Source: Alphaproteobacteria bacterium
GTDB taxonomy: Bacteria; Pseudomonadota; Alphaproteobacteria; GCA-2731375
Direction of reading: 5' to 3'
Length of the DNA stretch: 64,000 nucleotides
Assembly: GCA_965225945.1 (NCBI GenBank)
Contig: CBDDBZ010000027.1
Location: 32,001-96,000, forward strand
In this document: positions 1 through 10,814 of the stretch, in pieces
How the letters are laid out: each line of letters starts with the position of its first letter
Position numbering within the stretch: the first letter of the stretch is position 1
Program-made: the position numbers and the translations under genes
The notes under the pieces: model-generated
The model's input: only the letters and a program-made list of their open reading frames with translations
Database searches by the model: none
Told to the model about the DNA's origin: nothing

Positions 1-50
1 AGCACCATGGCGAGACAGGCACCACCGAGCCGATTGAAAAGGACAGCGAG

Positions 51-257
51 ATGGACGAAGACACGCTCAACATGAGCATCCGCAAATTCTTGAAGAAGGT
101 CGGCGTGACCTCGCAGCGGGAGATCGAGATGGCGATCCGCAAGGCGGTGGCCGGGGGCGGACTCGCGCCCGGCGCGCCGCTCGCGGCCCGGGCACGGCTG
201 ACGGTGGATGGCATCGATCTCGACGTGACGATCGAGGGCGATCTGGACCTCGGCTGA
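51..257 (+). CDS. small conserved hypothetical protein (DUF6494-like)
   Basis: MDEDTLNMSIRKFLKKVGVTSQREIE resembles a common proteobacterial small-protein family; AGGA RBS upstream. Confidence 0.75.
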   Translation: MDEDTLNMSIRKFLKKVGVTSQREIEMAIRKAVAGGGLAPGAPLAARARLTVDGIDLDVTIEGDLDLG

Positions 258-274
258 GCCTCGCCCGGCCCCGC

Positions 275-640
275 TCAGCCGTCCCCGCCTTCGCGCTCGA
301 CGATGCGGTGTGGCGAGGCGTGGACGCCGTAGGTCTTGAGCGGCCGCTCGCCCACCACGCGGAAGCCGTGCTTGACGCCGGGTGGCATCACCAGCGTGGT
401 CCCGGGGCCGATTCGTATGACGCCCTCCTGGCCCTCGACCCAGGCCTCGCCCTCGCCCTCGATCACGCTCACCACCTCGAGATAGGGATGCGAGTGGGTG
501 CCGGTGGAATAGCCGGGCTCGGAGACCTGCACGCCGACGCGGACGGGCGTCGAGCCCTCGGCGTCTCCGACCAGGGTCTGATAGGTGGCGCCGCCCGGAA
601 AGGTCTGCTTCGCCACCTCGTCCAGGTGGATGATCGGCAT
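275..640 (-). CDS. cupin domain protein
   Basis: HSHPYLE and PPGVKHGF cupin motifs; GAGGA RBS. Confidence 0.85.
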   Translation of the reverse strand: MPIIHLDEVAKQTFPGGATYQTLVGDAEGSTPVRVGVQVSEPGYSTGTHSHPYLEVVSVIEGEGEAWVEGQEGVIRIGPGTTLVMPPGVKHGFRVVGERPLKTYGVHASPHRIVEREGGDG

Positions 641-727
641 GGCTGCGTCCTCCCTCGATCGGGGCGATGAAGCGTCAGTCTACACCGACATCGCCGTTCC
701 CGCACGGCCGAAATTCAGGGCCGAATT

Positions 728-1291
728 TCATCGGGCGCATTGATAGAGGACAATCTCCTCGCCGCTCATCCGAGGCAACAGGGCCCTGCGGTCGAAGCCA
801 CGGCAATGTTCGCCGGCGCGCTCCCGGGCATGCTTGTCGCCGATGCTGGAGACCGGTCCGACGGCCACGCTGGTGGCGTTGCCGGCCAGCACCCGAGGGC
901 CGCTCGGCGGTGGTGGCGGCGCAGTGGGTCGCGCGGGCGGTGATAGCCCGGCTCTGGGCGCGGTGTTCGCGCCCGCTACCGGGGCCGGCCGGGCCGGCGT
1001 CGCCGACGACGCGGGGTGCCGGTTCGGCGACGGCAGAGCCGATCGCGACGCTGCGCGCGGCGGCGGCAGCGGCGAAACCGCGACCGGCTGGCGCGCCGGC
1101 GCCACGTCGTTCGACACCCGGGGCGCGCTCGCCGCCGGTGCCGGCCGATCGACCCGTTGAACGCCGGGGCGATGCTCCAGGAAATCGCTCCCTTCGCAAG
1201 CGGCCAAAAGCGCGGCCAACGCCAGGGGCACCAAGCGTCCCGCCAGGGCGATTCCAGGCACGAACACTGGACCGTGAAGGGGAGCGGGCAT
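728..1291 (-). CDS. putative lipoprotein
   Basis: hydrophobic stretch ending in lipobox LAAC, Pro/Ala linker, C-terminal domain with two Cys; start uncertain. Confidence 0.6.
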   Translation of the reverse strand: MPAPLHGPVFVPGIALAGRLVPLALAALLAACEGSDFLEHRPGVQRVDRPAPAASAPRVSNDVAPARQPVAVSPLPPPRAASRSALPSPNRHPASSATPARPAPVAGANTAPRAGLSPPARPTAPPPPPSGPRVLAGNATSVAVGPVSSIGDKHARERAGEHCRGFDRRALLPRMSGEEIVLYQCAR

Positions 1292-1298
1292 GTCGAAT

Positions 1299-1895
1299 TC
1301 AGGCCGAAGAGAGGGCGAAATCCGCCGCCGTCAGCACCGCCTCGAGGCGTAGGCCGCTCGCCGCGAGATTGTCCCGCGCGCCCTCCCCTCGGTCGACGAC
1401 GGTAACGACGGTGTCGACGATCGCGCCCTCGGCCCGAGCCGCCTCGACCGCGCGCAACACCGAGCCGCCGGTCGTCGTCACGTCGTCGAGCAGCACCGCG
1501 CGCCGGCCCGCCAGCGCCTCCACCGCCACCCCCTCGACCAGGCGCCGCGTGCCATGCTCCTTCGCCTGTTTACGAACGAAGAAGCCGGCGATGCCGGGGC
1601 CGCCACCGCCCCAACTCCTGACGCAGACACCCGCGACCACCGGAACCGCGCCCATTTCCAAGCCGCCGACGAAAGCCGGGCGCGGCGCGCCGAGGGCGCC
1701 GAGAACCAGTTCGGCGACCAGGTTCGCCCCCTCCGGATCGAACAGCGTCGGCTTCATGTCGAAATAGAACGTGCTCGCCCGGCCGGAGACGAGCACGGTC
1801 GTCCCGCCGACGCTCAACGACTTCGCGGCGATGATCTCCGCGAGCCGTTTCCGCCCGCCGTCGACCGCCGCCGCCGATCCTTCCGCCACGCTCAT
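1299..1895 (-). CDS. pyrE: orotate phosphoribosyltransferase
   Basis: SGRASTFYFDMK, GGLEMGAVP, VRKQAKEHG and PRPP motif LLDDVTTTGGS. Confidence 0.95.
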   Translation of the reverse strand: MSVAEGSAAAVDGGRKRLAEIIAAKSLSVGGTTVLVSGRASTFYFDMKPTLFDPEGANLVAELVLGALGAPRPAFVGGLEMGAVPVVAGVCVRSWGGGGPGIAGFFVRKQAKEHGTRRLVEGVAVEALAGRRAVLLDDVTTTGGSVLRAVEAARAEGAIVDTVVTVVDRGEGARDNLAASGLRLEAVLTAADFALSSA

Positions 1896-2183
1896 ACCCG
1901 ACCCTCCCGCGCCGCCCCGACGCCGATCCGCCCTGCCCCCTTGCATATCACGGAACCATCCGATCGGAGCGCCGCCCTCACACGAGCGCGAAAAAATTCG
2001 ACCACCGACGGCGTCCCCGTCACGCCTGGGTATCGCCGAGAGTTGACATTCCGGCTTGCTAATATCCATGCATTACCGTCGAGCCGCCACAACCTGGCGC
2101 GCGAGGGGAACGGCGGCCGGCGTTCAGGCCGTTCCGCCGATCAAACGAGATTGAATAGCTTGGCCGGCCGGCTGTCGGGCGGT

Positions 2184-2426
2184 TTATTCCCGGCCTCTTT
2201 TTTCCACGACCTGACTCAATACCAGAAGAGTTACCGGCCATAGAGCGACAAAGATTCCCCACCGCTCTCCATGAGCTTCTTTCAGGACCGCTCTTAGCGC
2301 GGGATCGTCAATACCATCGAGGACCGGCCTGACCAGTTCTATTTGTGGCCCGAAGTACCAAAGGATCCAGGCAAGCGGAATAGAAACAATGCCGAGCCAA
2401 AACAGAGCTTGAGGCAACATTTTCAT
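2184..2426 (-). CDS. small two-TM membrane protein
   Basis: two hydrophobic helices, HGERWGIFVALWP motif, GGAGGG RBS. Confidence 0.65.
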   Translation of the reverse strand: MKMLPQALFWLGIVSIPLAWILWYFGPQIELVRPVLDGIDDPALRAVLKEAHGERWGIFVALWPVTLLVLSQVVEKRGRE

Positions 2427-2782
2427 CTTTCCCTCCTCCGGGCATGTCGCGGAGCTGGTGATCCAGCGCGAGTGCCCTTGGTCCGAGAACGTCTACGACC
2501 CTCCGACGCGGGCGGCGGGCGGCGGTGGTTCCACCACCGGCGGCGGTGGGGGGCGTAGCGGAGGCGGCTTCGGCCGGTCCTTCGGCGGAAGCTTGATCCG
2601 CCAGTTGGGCAACCGGTTGGGCAGCGGCTCCGGAGGCTTTCGCGCTGGTGGCTTGGGCGGCATGGCTATTCTCCGATATCCCATCGCGTCGCCTACAATG
2701 ATAGCACAATCGGGCATCAATGCGGCTTCCAGCGCTCGTTGCGGCCGACTAGCCCGGAATCGTCGCGAACGGTTCCAGCGGT

Positions 2783-3289
2783 TCAGATCTGGGACCAAAA
2801 GATCCGCGTCACGGCGATGGTCACGAGTTCGAGATAGAGGATCATCGCGGCGAGCATGCCGTAGCGCTGGATTTCGCTGACCAGTCGCGATTTACGCCTG
2901 CGGGCGGCGTCGGTGAAGCTCGACCACTTAGAAGTGATGTACTCGATCTTGTTGTGCTCGGCGCCCTGCCACCATTGCAGGCTGAGCAAAACCAGCATCG
3001 AGAGCAGGCTGAAGATCCAGACCACGATCAACAGATAAAACGAGAGCTTCTCGTCCGCCCATCGGGTCCACTGACTGTAGGTGGTCACGGCGATGGCGAA
3101 TGCCGAGAAGTAGAGTACCGAGCGCCACTGCTGCTGCTTGGCGAAACGGATGTTGATCGAGTGCTGCTTGGCGAAACGGATGTTGATCGAGGCATCCTCG
3201 TAAAGGCGCTGGAACTCGACGTGGGTCTGCGCATCCAGCGCGCTCGGCTGGTCTTGCTCGGGATCGAGCGGATCGTCGTTCACGGACAC
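2783..3289 (-). CDS. hypothetical membrane protein with in-frame 10-aa duplication
   Basis: three hydrophobic segments; SINIRFAKQH/SINIRFAKQQ duplication. Confidence 0.7.
   Translation of the reverse strand: MSVNDDPLDPEQDQPSALDAQTHVEFQRLYEDASINIRFAKQHSINIRFAKQQQWRSVLYFSAFAIAVTTYSQWTRWADEKLSFYLLIVVWIFSLLSMLVLLSLQWWQGAEHNKIEYITSKWSSFTDAARRRKSRLVSEIQRYGMLAAMILYLELVTIAVTRIFWSQI
3132..3191. repeat. perfect 30-bp tandem duplication
   Basis: TGCTGCTTGGCGAAACGGATGTTGATCGAG x2. Confidence 0.95.
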
Positions 3290-3576
3290 GTCTTTGTCCT
3301 TCTTGGCTGCGGGCGACAGACATCATAGCTCGGCACTCTGGCTGGCGACACCGTAACGGCCTGCCTCGGCTGCGCGACGTCCGAGCGCGCCATGCCGGCG
3401 TGGATGGCGGCGAAGGCGGGCGGGCGACCGCATGGCCGTCCGCGGAGGAAATCCTGTTCCTTCGACGATGCTACGTGGCTATGATCTCCACGAACCTGGC
3501 GGTTATCCGGGAAATGCCGGCTCGTAGCGGCCCATCGCCGGCAACCCGTCGCCGGCACGGAAAGGGGAGAAACGCC

Positions 3577-4518
3577 ATGTCGGTCGCCGAGCCATCGGCC
3601 CACGACGATTTCACCGTCGCGCCCGTCTCGCCGGTCCTCGGCGCCGAAGTCGTCGGGCTCGACGTCTCGCGGCGGCTGGATCCCCCGACACTGGCCCGCG
3701 TCCGCGATGCCTTCCAGGACCACCACATGCTGTGCTTCCGCGATGCTCGGCTCGACGACGACCAGCTTGTCGCCTTCTCGACCCAGTTCGGAGCCCTGGA
3801 GACGTTCCCGGAGAAGGACAAGACCAAGGGCAAGGTCGAGGTCTACAACGTCGCCAACGTGTCGGCAGAGGGCGAACACCTGCCGGAAGAAGACCCGCGG
3901 GTGATCTTCCAGCGCAACAACGGGCGCTGGCATACCGACAGCTCCTACCGCTACACCCCGTCGCTCGCCTCGATCATGTACGGCATCGAAGTGCTGCCCG
4001 AGGAAGCGGAAGGCGGGGAGACCGGATTCTCGAACATGCTGGCGGCTTACGCGGCGCTGCCCGAAGACATGAAGGCGCGGCTCGAACCCCTGCACCAGGT
4101 GCATTCCTACGCCGACATCCGGCGCCTGGAGCCGAGGATGCCGGCGATGACGGCGGAAGAGCGGGACGCCATGCCGCCGGTCACCCATCCGGTGATCCGC
4201 GTGCACCCGGACCGCGGCTACCGGCGCTCGCTCTATTTCACCTCCAACACCAGCCTCGAGATCGGCGGCATGACCCTCGAGGAGGGCAAGGCCCTGCATC
4301 GCTGGCTCGTCGAGTATGTGAGCCGGCCGGAATTTTGTTATTTCCACCGCTGGCGCCCCAACGACTTGGTGATGTGGGACAACCGGGCGCTGCTGCACCG
4401 GGCGATTCCGTACGACTACGCGCGCTACCGGCGCGTCCTTAGGCGCACCACGGTCGCCGGCGCCGGCCCCATCATGGGGCCGTTCTGGCCCGAGGCCCGC
4501 GAGGCGGCCGGCGGCTGA
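3577..4518 (+). CDS. TauD/TfdA family 2-oxoglutarate-dependent dioxygenase
   Basis: WHTDSSY HxD motif and WDNRALLHRA motif; start chosen at ATG 3577 after GGGGAG. Confidence 0.95.
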   Translation: MSVAEPSAHDDFTVAPVSPVLGAEVVGLDVSRRLDPPTLARVRDAFQDHHMLCFRDARLDDDQLVAFSTQFGALETFPEKDKTKGKVEVYNVANVSAEGEHLPEEDPRVIFQRNNGRWHTDSSYRYTPSLASIMYGIEVLPEEAEGGETGFSNMLAAYAALPEDMKARLEPLHQVHSYADIRRLEPRMPAMTAEERDAMPPVTHPVIRVHPDRGYRRSLYFTSNTSLEIGGMTLEEGKALHRWLVEYVSRPEFCYFHRWRPNDLVMWDNRALLHRAIPYDYARYRRVLRRTTVAGAGPIMGPFWPEAREAAGG

Positions 4519-4631
4519 TCCTCGAACGCGGCATCGAGGGGACCGGCGCTACGGCCCAGGCGGAGCCCTCCGCGCGGCTCTCGGAATCGACGAGGGCCCG
4601 GGCGGTCGGCGCCCAGGCCTTCACTTGAAAT

Positions 4632-4707
<76 letters not shown>

Positions 4708-4867
4708 TCAGTTCGGCCACGCGCGCGCGGAAGCGGCTTATAACAAAAGCCTCGCCCCGGCACCAGAGTCGAATGACGCGATGTCGAATGCGGCGATTTC
4801 ACGCGCTCGTCCGGCCGTGGAATGATGGCCGCCGGCCGGCATGGCCAGACCAAGGGTGGGGATGCGC

Positions 4868-5629
4868 ATGAGCGAGGGGCAAGGCGAATTCCGCGACCGC
4901 GTCGCGCTGGTGACCGGCGGCGGGCGGGGGATCGGGCGGGCGAGCGCCATGCGGCTGGCGGCGGCCGGCGCTAGCGTTGCGGTCAACTACCGCTGCGACC
5001 ACGACGCGGCTAAGGCGGTGGTCGCCGACATCCAGACCCGGGGCGGCCGGGCGCTGGCGATCGCCGCCGACGTCGGCGACCGCGCGGCGGTGGGGACAAT
5101 GGTGGCCGAGGTCGCGGCGAGCCTGGGGCCCATCGACCTGCTAGTCACCAGCGCCGGCGCTTCGCCCTCGGAAGGCCCGGGCGGGCCCGACGCCGAAACC
5201 TGGGCCGAGGTCATGCGGGTCAATCTGGACGGGGTCTATCACCCGGTGATGGCGGTGAAGGACGCCATGGTGATGAGGCGCTACGGCCGGATCGTCACCA
5301 TCTCCTCGATCGCCGGCCTCCGCCCGCGCCCGCATATGGTCGCCTACGCCACCGCCAAGGCCGCCGTCATCGCCTTCACCCGCAACATCTCGGGCCTGCT
5401 GGCGCCCGACGTCCGCATCAACAGCGTCGCCCCGGGGCTGATCGAGACCGACATGATCGAGGCCATGAATCCCACCCGCCGGGAGGAGATGATCGAGGCG
5501 ACGCCGCTGCTGCGCCTGGGCCAGGCAGCGGAGATCGCCGACGCCGCCTTCTTCCTGCTGTCCGACGCGAGCCGCTTCACCACCGGCCAGACCCTGGTCG
5601 CGAGCGGCGGCCGCGTCACCCTGCCGTGA
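4868..5629 (+). CDS. SDR family oxidoreductase (FabG-like)
   Basis: TGGGRGIG, YATAK, NSVAPGLIET motifs. Confidence 0.93.
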   Translation: MSEGQGEFRDRVALVTGGGRGIGRASAMRLAAAGASVAVNYRCDHDAAKAVVADIQTRGGRALAIAADVGDRAAVGTMVAEVAASLGPIDLLVTSAGASPSEGPGGPDAETWAEVMRVNLDGVYHPVMAVKDAMVMRRYGRIVTISSIAGLRPRPHMVAYATAKAAVIAFTRNISGLLAPDVRINSVAPGLIETDMIEAMNPTRREEMIEATPLLRLGQAAEIADAAFFLLSDASRFTTGQTLVASGGRVTLP

Positions 5630-5635
5630 GCCGCG

Positions 5636-7954
5636 TCACCTTCGCTCGGCGGCTCGAATGGCGCGCCAGATCCGCTGCGGCGTCGCCGGCATGTCCAGAT
5701 GCTCGATACCGAGGCCTGAGAGCGCGTCCAGCACCGCGTTCATGATCGTCTGCGAGGCGCCGATGCACCCCGCCTGGCCCGAGCCCTTGACGCCCAAGGG
5801 ATTGATCCCGGTCGGCGTCGGTTCGAAGCGGACCTCGAGGTCCGGCAGGTCGGCGGCCCTGGGCAGGACATAGTCCATCAGGCTGGCGCTCAGCAGTTGC
5901 GCCGTCTCGGGCTGGTAGGCGATTGCCTCCCACAGCGCCTGACCGATGCCTTGGGCGAGCCCGCCCTGCACTTGGCCGGTGGTGATGCGGGGATCGAGCA
6001 GGCGTCCGTAATCGTCGACCGCGAGGTAGCGCAGGAGGGCGAGCGCACCGGTCTCGGGGTCGATCTCCAGCTCCGCGACGTGGCAGCCGTTGGGAAAGGT
6101 GAAGCGGCTCTCGTCGTTGTGGGCGAAGCTGTCGAGGCCCACCGCGCCATCCTCGCCGACCCCCGGCGACTCGCGCGCCGCTCTCGCCACCTCGTCGAGC
6201 CCGACCCGGCGATCGGAGCCGGCGACCCGGAATTCGCCCTCGGCGTAGTCGACCTCGTCCTCGCCAGCCTGCAGCAGCCGGGCGGCCACCCCTTTTCCTT
6301 TCCCCAAGGCGCGCTCGATCGCCATCACCAGCGCGGTACCGCCCATGTGCATCGAGCGCGCGCCGCCGTGGCCATGGCCCTCGCGGATCAGCGAGGTATC
6401 GCCCTGGAGGTAGGAGAAGCGCACGGCCGGCAGGCCCAGCCGGTCGGCCGCGATTCTAGGGTAGGTGGTCTCGTGGCCCTGGCCGTTCGATTCCGTGCCG
6501 ACCCTGAGCTCGATAGCGCCGTCGGCGGCGAAGCGGATCTCCGCCCCCTCCCCCGGCGCGCCGCGCGAGGTCTCCAGAAAACACGCTAGCCCCATGCCCC
6601 GGAGGCGGCCCGCCTCGGCCGAGCGCTTGCGCCGCGCCTCGAAGCCGGCGCGGTCGGCCGCCGCCACCGCCACCTCGATCATGTGGGTGAAGCGGCCGCA
6701 ATCGATCTCGAAGCCCAGCGCGCTCCGGTGGGGAAAGGTCCGGATTGCGTTCCGCAGCCGTAGCTCTACCGGATCGCGCCCCAGCCGCCGGGCGGCGATG
6801 TCGATCAGCCGCTCGATCACGAAGTTCGCTTCCGGCTTGCCGGCGCCGCGATAGGCATCCAGCGGTGCCGTGTTGGTGAAGACGCCCCGGCTTTCCATGT
6901 GGACATGGGCGATGGCGTAAATGCCGCCAAACGCGGTAGAGGCGGAATTGGTCGACATGCCGGGCCCGTTGCCGGAGAGATAAGCGCCCATGTTGGCGAC
7001 GAGGCTGGCCTGCAGGGCGAGGAAATTGCCCTCGGCGTCGAGCGCCAGGCGGGCCCGGGTTCGGATGTCGCGGCCGTGCGCGGCGGCGAGAAATTCCTCC
7101 CCCCGCTCGGCTAGCCAGCGAACCGGCCGCCCGTGCCGGCGCGCCGCCCAGAGCACCAGGACCCATTCCGGGTAGAGGAAGTTCTTCATCCCGAAGCCGC
7201 CGCCGACGTCGGGCGCGCGGACCACGAGGCGCTCCGGCGCAATTGCGAAGATATCCTCGCAGAGCTGGCCGTGAATGCCGTGGACACCCTGGCCGCTCAG
7301 CGTCAGGGTCATGACGTCGCTGCCCGCGTCGTATTCGGCGATGGCCGCCCGGGGCTCGATCGGCGCCGCCACCACGCGGTGGTTGTCGATCTCGACCTCC
7401 ACCACGTGCGCCGCCTCGGCGATCGCCCGCTCCGTCGCCGCGGAATCACCCAGGTTCACATGATGCGAAATATTGCCCGGCGCCTCGGGCCAGAGCGCGA
7501 CCGCGCCCGCCGCCATGGCGTCCTGGGGATCGACCACGGCGGGCAGGGCCTCGTAGTCGACCTCGATCAGCTCCATCGCGTCGAGCGCCGCCGCCCGGCT
7601 CTCGGCGACGACGAAGGCTACGGAATCGCCGACATGGCGCACCCGGCCCCGCGCCAGGGCCGGGCGCGGCGGCACGTTCAGGGGCGCCGGCACCCGAAAG
7701 GTCACCTTGCAGGGCAAGTCGCCGATACGATCGGCCGCGAGATCCGCCTCGGTGTAGATGGCGACGACGCCCGGCACGGCGCGCGCCTCGGCGGCGTCGA
7801 GGGAGAGAATCGTCGCGTGGGCATGGGGCGAGCGCAACACGACACTCCAGAGCGCGCCCGGAAGCGCGATGTCGTCGCTATAGCGCCCCCGCCCGGTGAG
7901 GAAGCGCGGATCCTCGCGCCGGGGAACCGATTGGCCGAGATTGATTTCATTCAT
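5636..7954 (-). CDS. xanthine dehydrogenase family molybdopterin-binding large subunit (CoxL form II-like)
   Basis: RREDPRFLTGRGRY, DVGGGFGMK, DAYRGAGKPE, GQGHETT, NPLGVKG motifs. Confidence 0.93.
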   Translation of the reverse strand: MNEINLGQSVPRREDPRFLTGRGRYSDDIALPGALWSVVLRSPHAHATILSLDAAEARAVPGVVAIYTEADLAADRIGDLPCKVTFRVPAPLNVPPRPALARGRVRHVGDSVAFVVAESRAAALDAMELIEVDYEALPAVVDPQDAMAAGAVALWPEAPGNISHHVNLGDSAATERAIAEAAHVVEVEIDNHRVVAAPIEPRAAIAEYDAGSDVMTLTLSGQGVHGIHGQLCEDIFAIAPERLVVRAPDVGGGFGMKNFLYPEWVLVLWAARRHGRPVRWLAERGEEFLAAAHGRDIRTRARLALDAEGNFLALQASLVANMGAYLSGNGPGMSTNSASTAFGGIYAIAHVHMESRGVFTNTAPLDAYRGAGKPEANFVIERLIDIAARRLGRDPVELRLRNAIRTFPHRSALGFEIDCGRFTHMIEVAVAAADRAGFEARRKRSAEAGRLRGMGLACFLETSRGAPGEGAEIRFAADGAIELRVGTESNGQGHETTYPRIAADRLGLPAVRFSYLQGDTSLIREGHGHGGARSMHMGGTALVMAIERALGKGKGVAARLLQAGEDEVDYAEGEFRVAGSDRRVGLDEVARAARESPGVGEDGAVGLDSFAHNDESRFTFPNGCHVAELEIDPETGALALLRYLAVDDYGRLLDPRITTGQVQGGLAQGIGQALWEAIAYQPETAQLLSASLMDYVLPRAADLPDLEVRFEPTPTGINPLGVKGSGQAGCIGASQTIMNAVLDALSGLGIEHLDMPATPQRIWRAIRAAERR

Positions 7955-8063
7955 GATTCCCGTCTCTCTTCCTTGCGCGCCCGGGCGGAAGCTAGCACCG
8001 CCCTTTGCGCGCCGCCATGGCGCGAGGCGATACTGGGCACCCCACGCCCGCCGGAGTTCCTGC

Positions 8064-9248
8064 ATGGCCAGCCGAAGCACCGAGGTTATCGTCGTCGGCG
8101 CCGGCATCGGCGGCCTCGCCGCGACGCTCGCGCTCGCAGGGCAAGGCTTTCGCGTCACGCTGCTGGAGCAAGCGGCTCGGCTCGGCGAGGTCGGCGCGGG
8201 CGTGCAGATCAGCGCCAACGGCGCGGCTGTGCTGCACCATCTGGGCTTGAGCCCGCGCCTCGACGCGGTCGCCTTCACGCCGGAACGCGGTGAGGTCCGC
8301 CATTGGCGGATGGGCGAGACCCTGAGCACCCGCCCCCTCGGCCGGGCCAGCCTCGAGCGCTTCGGCCATCCCTACTATCACCTGCATCGCGCCGACCTCC
8401 ACACAGCACTTGCCGAGGCGGTCCGGGCGGCGGCACCCGGCGCGATCCGGCTCGGCGCCGAGGTCTCGGGCTTCGAGGCGCATGGCGCCAGAGTCGCGGT
8501 TCGGACCGAGGCGGGCGAGAGCTTCGAGGGCGACGTCGTGATCGGCGCCGACGGCATCCACTCGACCATCCGCGAGCTGACCCACGGGGCTCAGGCCGCG
8601 CGCTTCACCGGCTGCATCGCCTGGCGCGCGACGATCCCGACCTCCGCGCTGCCGCCGGGCCATGTGCGGCCCGTCGCCTCCAACTGGATCGGCGCTGGCG
8701 GCCATTTCGTCCACTATTACGTCCGCCGGGGCGAGCTGGTGAACTGCGTCGGCGTCAGGGAGCAAGCGGCGTGGCAGGCCGAATCCTGGTCGGCGGAGGG
8801 CGACGGCGCCACCTTCCTGGCCGATTTCGAAGGCTGGCACGAGGACGTGCTGGTGCTGATCCGGGCCGCGAGGCGATGTTATCGGTGGGGCCTCTTTGAC
8901 CGCGAGCCGATGCAATCCTGGTCACGCGGCGCCGTCACCCTGCTGGGGGATGCCTGCCACCCGATGCTGCCCTTCATGGCGCAGGGCGCGGTGATGGCGC
9001 TGGAGGACGCCTATACGCTCGCCGCCTGCCTGGCCCATGGCGAGGCCGATCCGCCGGCCGCCCTGCTCCGCTACGAAAGCCTTCGGCGCGAGCGAACGGG
9101 CGAGGTCCAGGCCCTGTCGCGGGCCAACATCGCCTTCTTCCACGACGCCGATCGCGACGACATCGCCGAGCGGCTGGAGCGCCACCGCGAGGCGCACCTC
9201 TGGCTCTACGGCTTCGACGTCACCGAGCAGGATTTCGCACCTCGGTGA
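8064..9248 (+). CDS. FAD-dependent monooxygenase (salicylate hydroxylase-like)
   Basis: GAGIGG, GADGIHS, LLGDACHPMLPFMAQG motifs. Confidence 0.92.
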   Translation: MASRSTEVIVVGAGIGGLAATLALAGQGFRVTLLEQAARLGEVGAGVQISANGAAVLHHLGLSPRLDAVAFTPERGEVRHWRMGETLSTRPLGRASLERFGHPYYHLHRADLHTALAEAVRAAAPGAIRLGAEVSGFEAHGARVAVRTEAGESFEGDVVIGADGIHSTIRELTHGAQAARFTGCIAWRATIPTSALPPGHVRPVASNWIGAGGHFVHYYVRRGELVNCVGVREQAAWQAESWSAEGDGATFLADFEGWHEDVLVLIRAARRCYRWGLFDREPMQSWSRGAVTLLGDACHPMLPFMAQGAVMALEDAYTLAACLAHGEADPPAALLRYESLRRERTGEVQALSRANIAFFHDADRDDIAERLERHREAHLWLYGFDVTEQDFAPR

Positions 9249-9365
9249 CCGTCATGATGCCACCCCGAGGCCCTATTTTCGCTGTTTCGAGAGTGTGAAA
9301 AAATACACGTGAAGCGAAGCGAAAGATTTTCCTGATTACGCACTTTACTCAGCCGGATTGATGTG

Positions 9366-9380
9366 GTACAAATCGTGAAC
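9366..9380. promoter_or_regulatory. putative alphaproteobacterial LexA box
   Basis: GTAC-N7-GAAC (reverse GTTC-N7-GTAC) upstream of the IS1595 transposase start. Confidence 0.5.
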
Positions 9381-9407
9381 ATTTGGTGGTTTTTCTGGAG
9401 GTTCACA

Positions 9408-10355
9408 ATGCCACGCAACAAGGTTCAGTTCCAGAAGGGGCTCAGCGAGCCGCGTTTTCGTGAGTTGTACGGTACCGAGGAGCAGTGTCGCGAGGCCCTG
9501 TTCCGCTGGCGCTGGCCGGAGGGCTTCTCCTGCCCCCGATGTGGCGCCACGCGCCATTGCGAGATCGCCGGGCGAAAACTCTACCAATGCGCCGCCTGCC
9601 GTCATCAAGTTTCGCTGACCGCCGGCACGCTCTTCCACGCGACCAAGCTGGCGCTGACCCTGTGGTTCTCGGCGATCTATCACATGACCCAATCGAAGAA
9701 AGGGATCTCCTCCCTCGAACTCGGCCGGCGGCTCGGCGTCACCCAGACCACGGCCTGGAAGATCAAGCAGAAACTGATGCAGTCCATGCTCGAGCGCGAT
9801 GCCAAATTGCCGCTCACCGGGCGGGTGGAGATGGACGATGCCTACCTCGGCGGCCGGCGTTCCGGGGCCAAGCGCGGCCGAGGCGCGCCGGGCAAGACGC
9901 CGTTCGTCGCCGCCGTCCAGACCACGAAGGAGGGCCAGCCCGTGCGCATCAAGCTCCGCCGCGTCAAGGGCTTCCGCAAGAGCGAGATCGCCAAGATGGC
10001 CAAGCGCGACCTGAGCCCGCTGGCGACGGTTGTCAGCGATGGGCTCGGCTGCTTCACCGCGGTCACCGCGTAAGGCTGTGCGCACCATCCGATACCCACC
10101 GGCTCCGGACCCGGGGCCGTCGCCGTGCCCGCCTTCAAATGGGTCAACACCACCCTCGGCAACCTCAAAAACACCCTGCGCGGTACCTACCATGCGATCC
10201 GACCCAAGCATGTGCCGCGCTATCTGGCGGCGTTCCAGTACCGATACAACCGCCGCTACCGGCTCGCCGACATGATCGAAGCCCTCGGCCGCGATGCCCT
10301 GCGCACGCCGCCCATGCCATATCGGCTCCTGAAGTTGGCTGAGGTTAGTGCGTAA
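9408..10355 (+). pseudogene. IS1595 transposase with internal stop
   Basis: Zn ribbon CPRC/CAAC, VEMDDAY, VSDG, HVPRYL; in-frame TAA at 10071-10073. Confidence 0.9.
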
Positions 10356-10381
10356 TCAGGAAGATTTTTGACAGGGAACTC

Positions 10382-10714
10382 ATGACCACGCCCGAGGGAT
10401 CGCCGCCGCAACCGTCACCGGGATTCGACAAGCGCGGCCTGCTCTTCGCCGTGATCTCGACCGGCTCCGCGGCGGTGAGCTGGTTCAGTTTGGACCTGGC
10501 CGCCTTCCTCGTGCCGATTGCCGTGCTGTTTTGCTTCGCCGGACTTTGGCGCTGCATCCGCGGCTACCGGGGCGCCAACCTGCCGATGGCGATCATCGCC
10601 ACCGCGATCACCGCCGCCGTCGTCTATTCCAGCTTTCAGGAGTTCGGCGGCGCCATCCTGAACGGCGAATGGGTGGAGCTCGCGCGCAAGCGCGGCGAGG
10701 CGTCGTCGTGTTGA
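10382..10714 (+). CDS. small membrane protein
   Basis: three hydrophobic segments; GGGA RBS. Confidence 0.6.
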   Translation: MTTPEGSPPQPSPGFDKRGLLFAVISTGSAAVSWFSLDLAAFLVPIAVLFCFAGLWRCIRGYRGANLPMAIIATAITAAVVYSSFQEFGGAILNGEWVELARKRGEASSC

Positions 10715-10814
10715 GCGCAGCGGCCCCGTGGCTTCGGGCCCATCGCCCGGGGTACGGCGAGGAGGTGCTGGAGGCGGGGCTGCCCTTATCCCCCTATCCA
10801 ACCGCCGCGTCGAC

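Larger units (their letters stand above)
9331..10360 (+). mobile_element. IS1595 family insertion sequence (ISSod11-like ends)
   Basis: TIR CCTGATTACGCACT...CTCAGCC / GGCTGAG...AGTGCGTAATCAGG; 8-bp TSD AAGATTTT at 9323-9330 and 10361-10368. Confidence 0.93.

Noticed and set aside
2493-2798. Pro-rich ORF
   Set aside because: Low complexity with no recognisable motif; coding status cannot be supported.
5636-7954. Aerobic CO dehydrogenase form I
   Set aside because: The loop reads AYRGAGK rather than AYxCSFR, and no coxM/coxS genes are adjacent.
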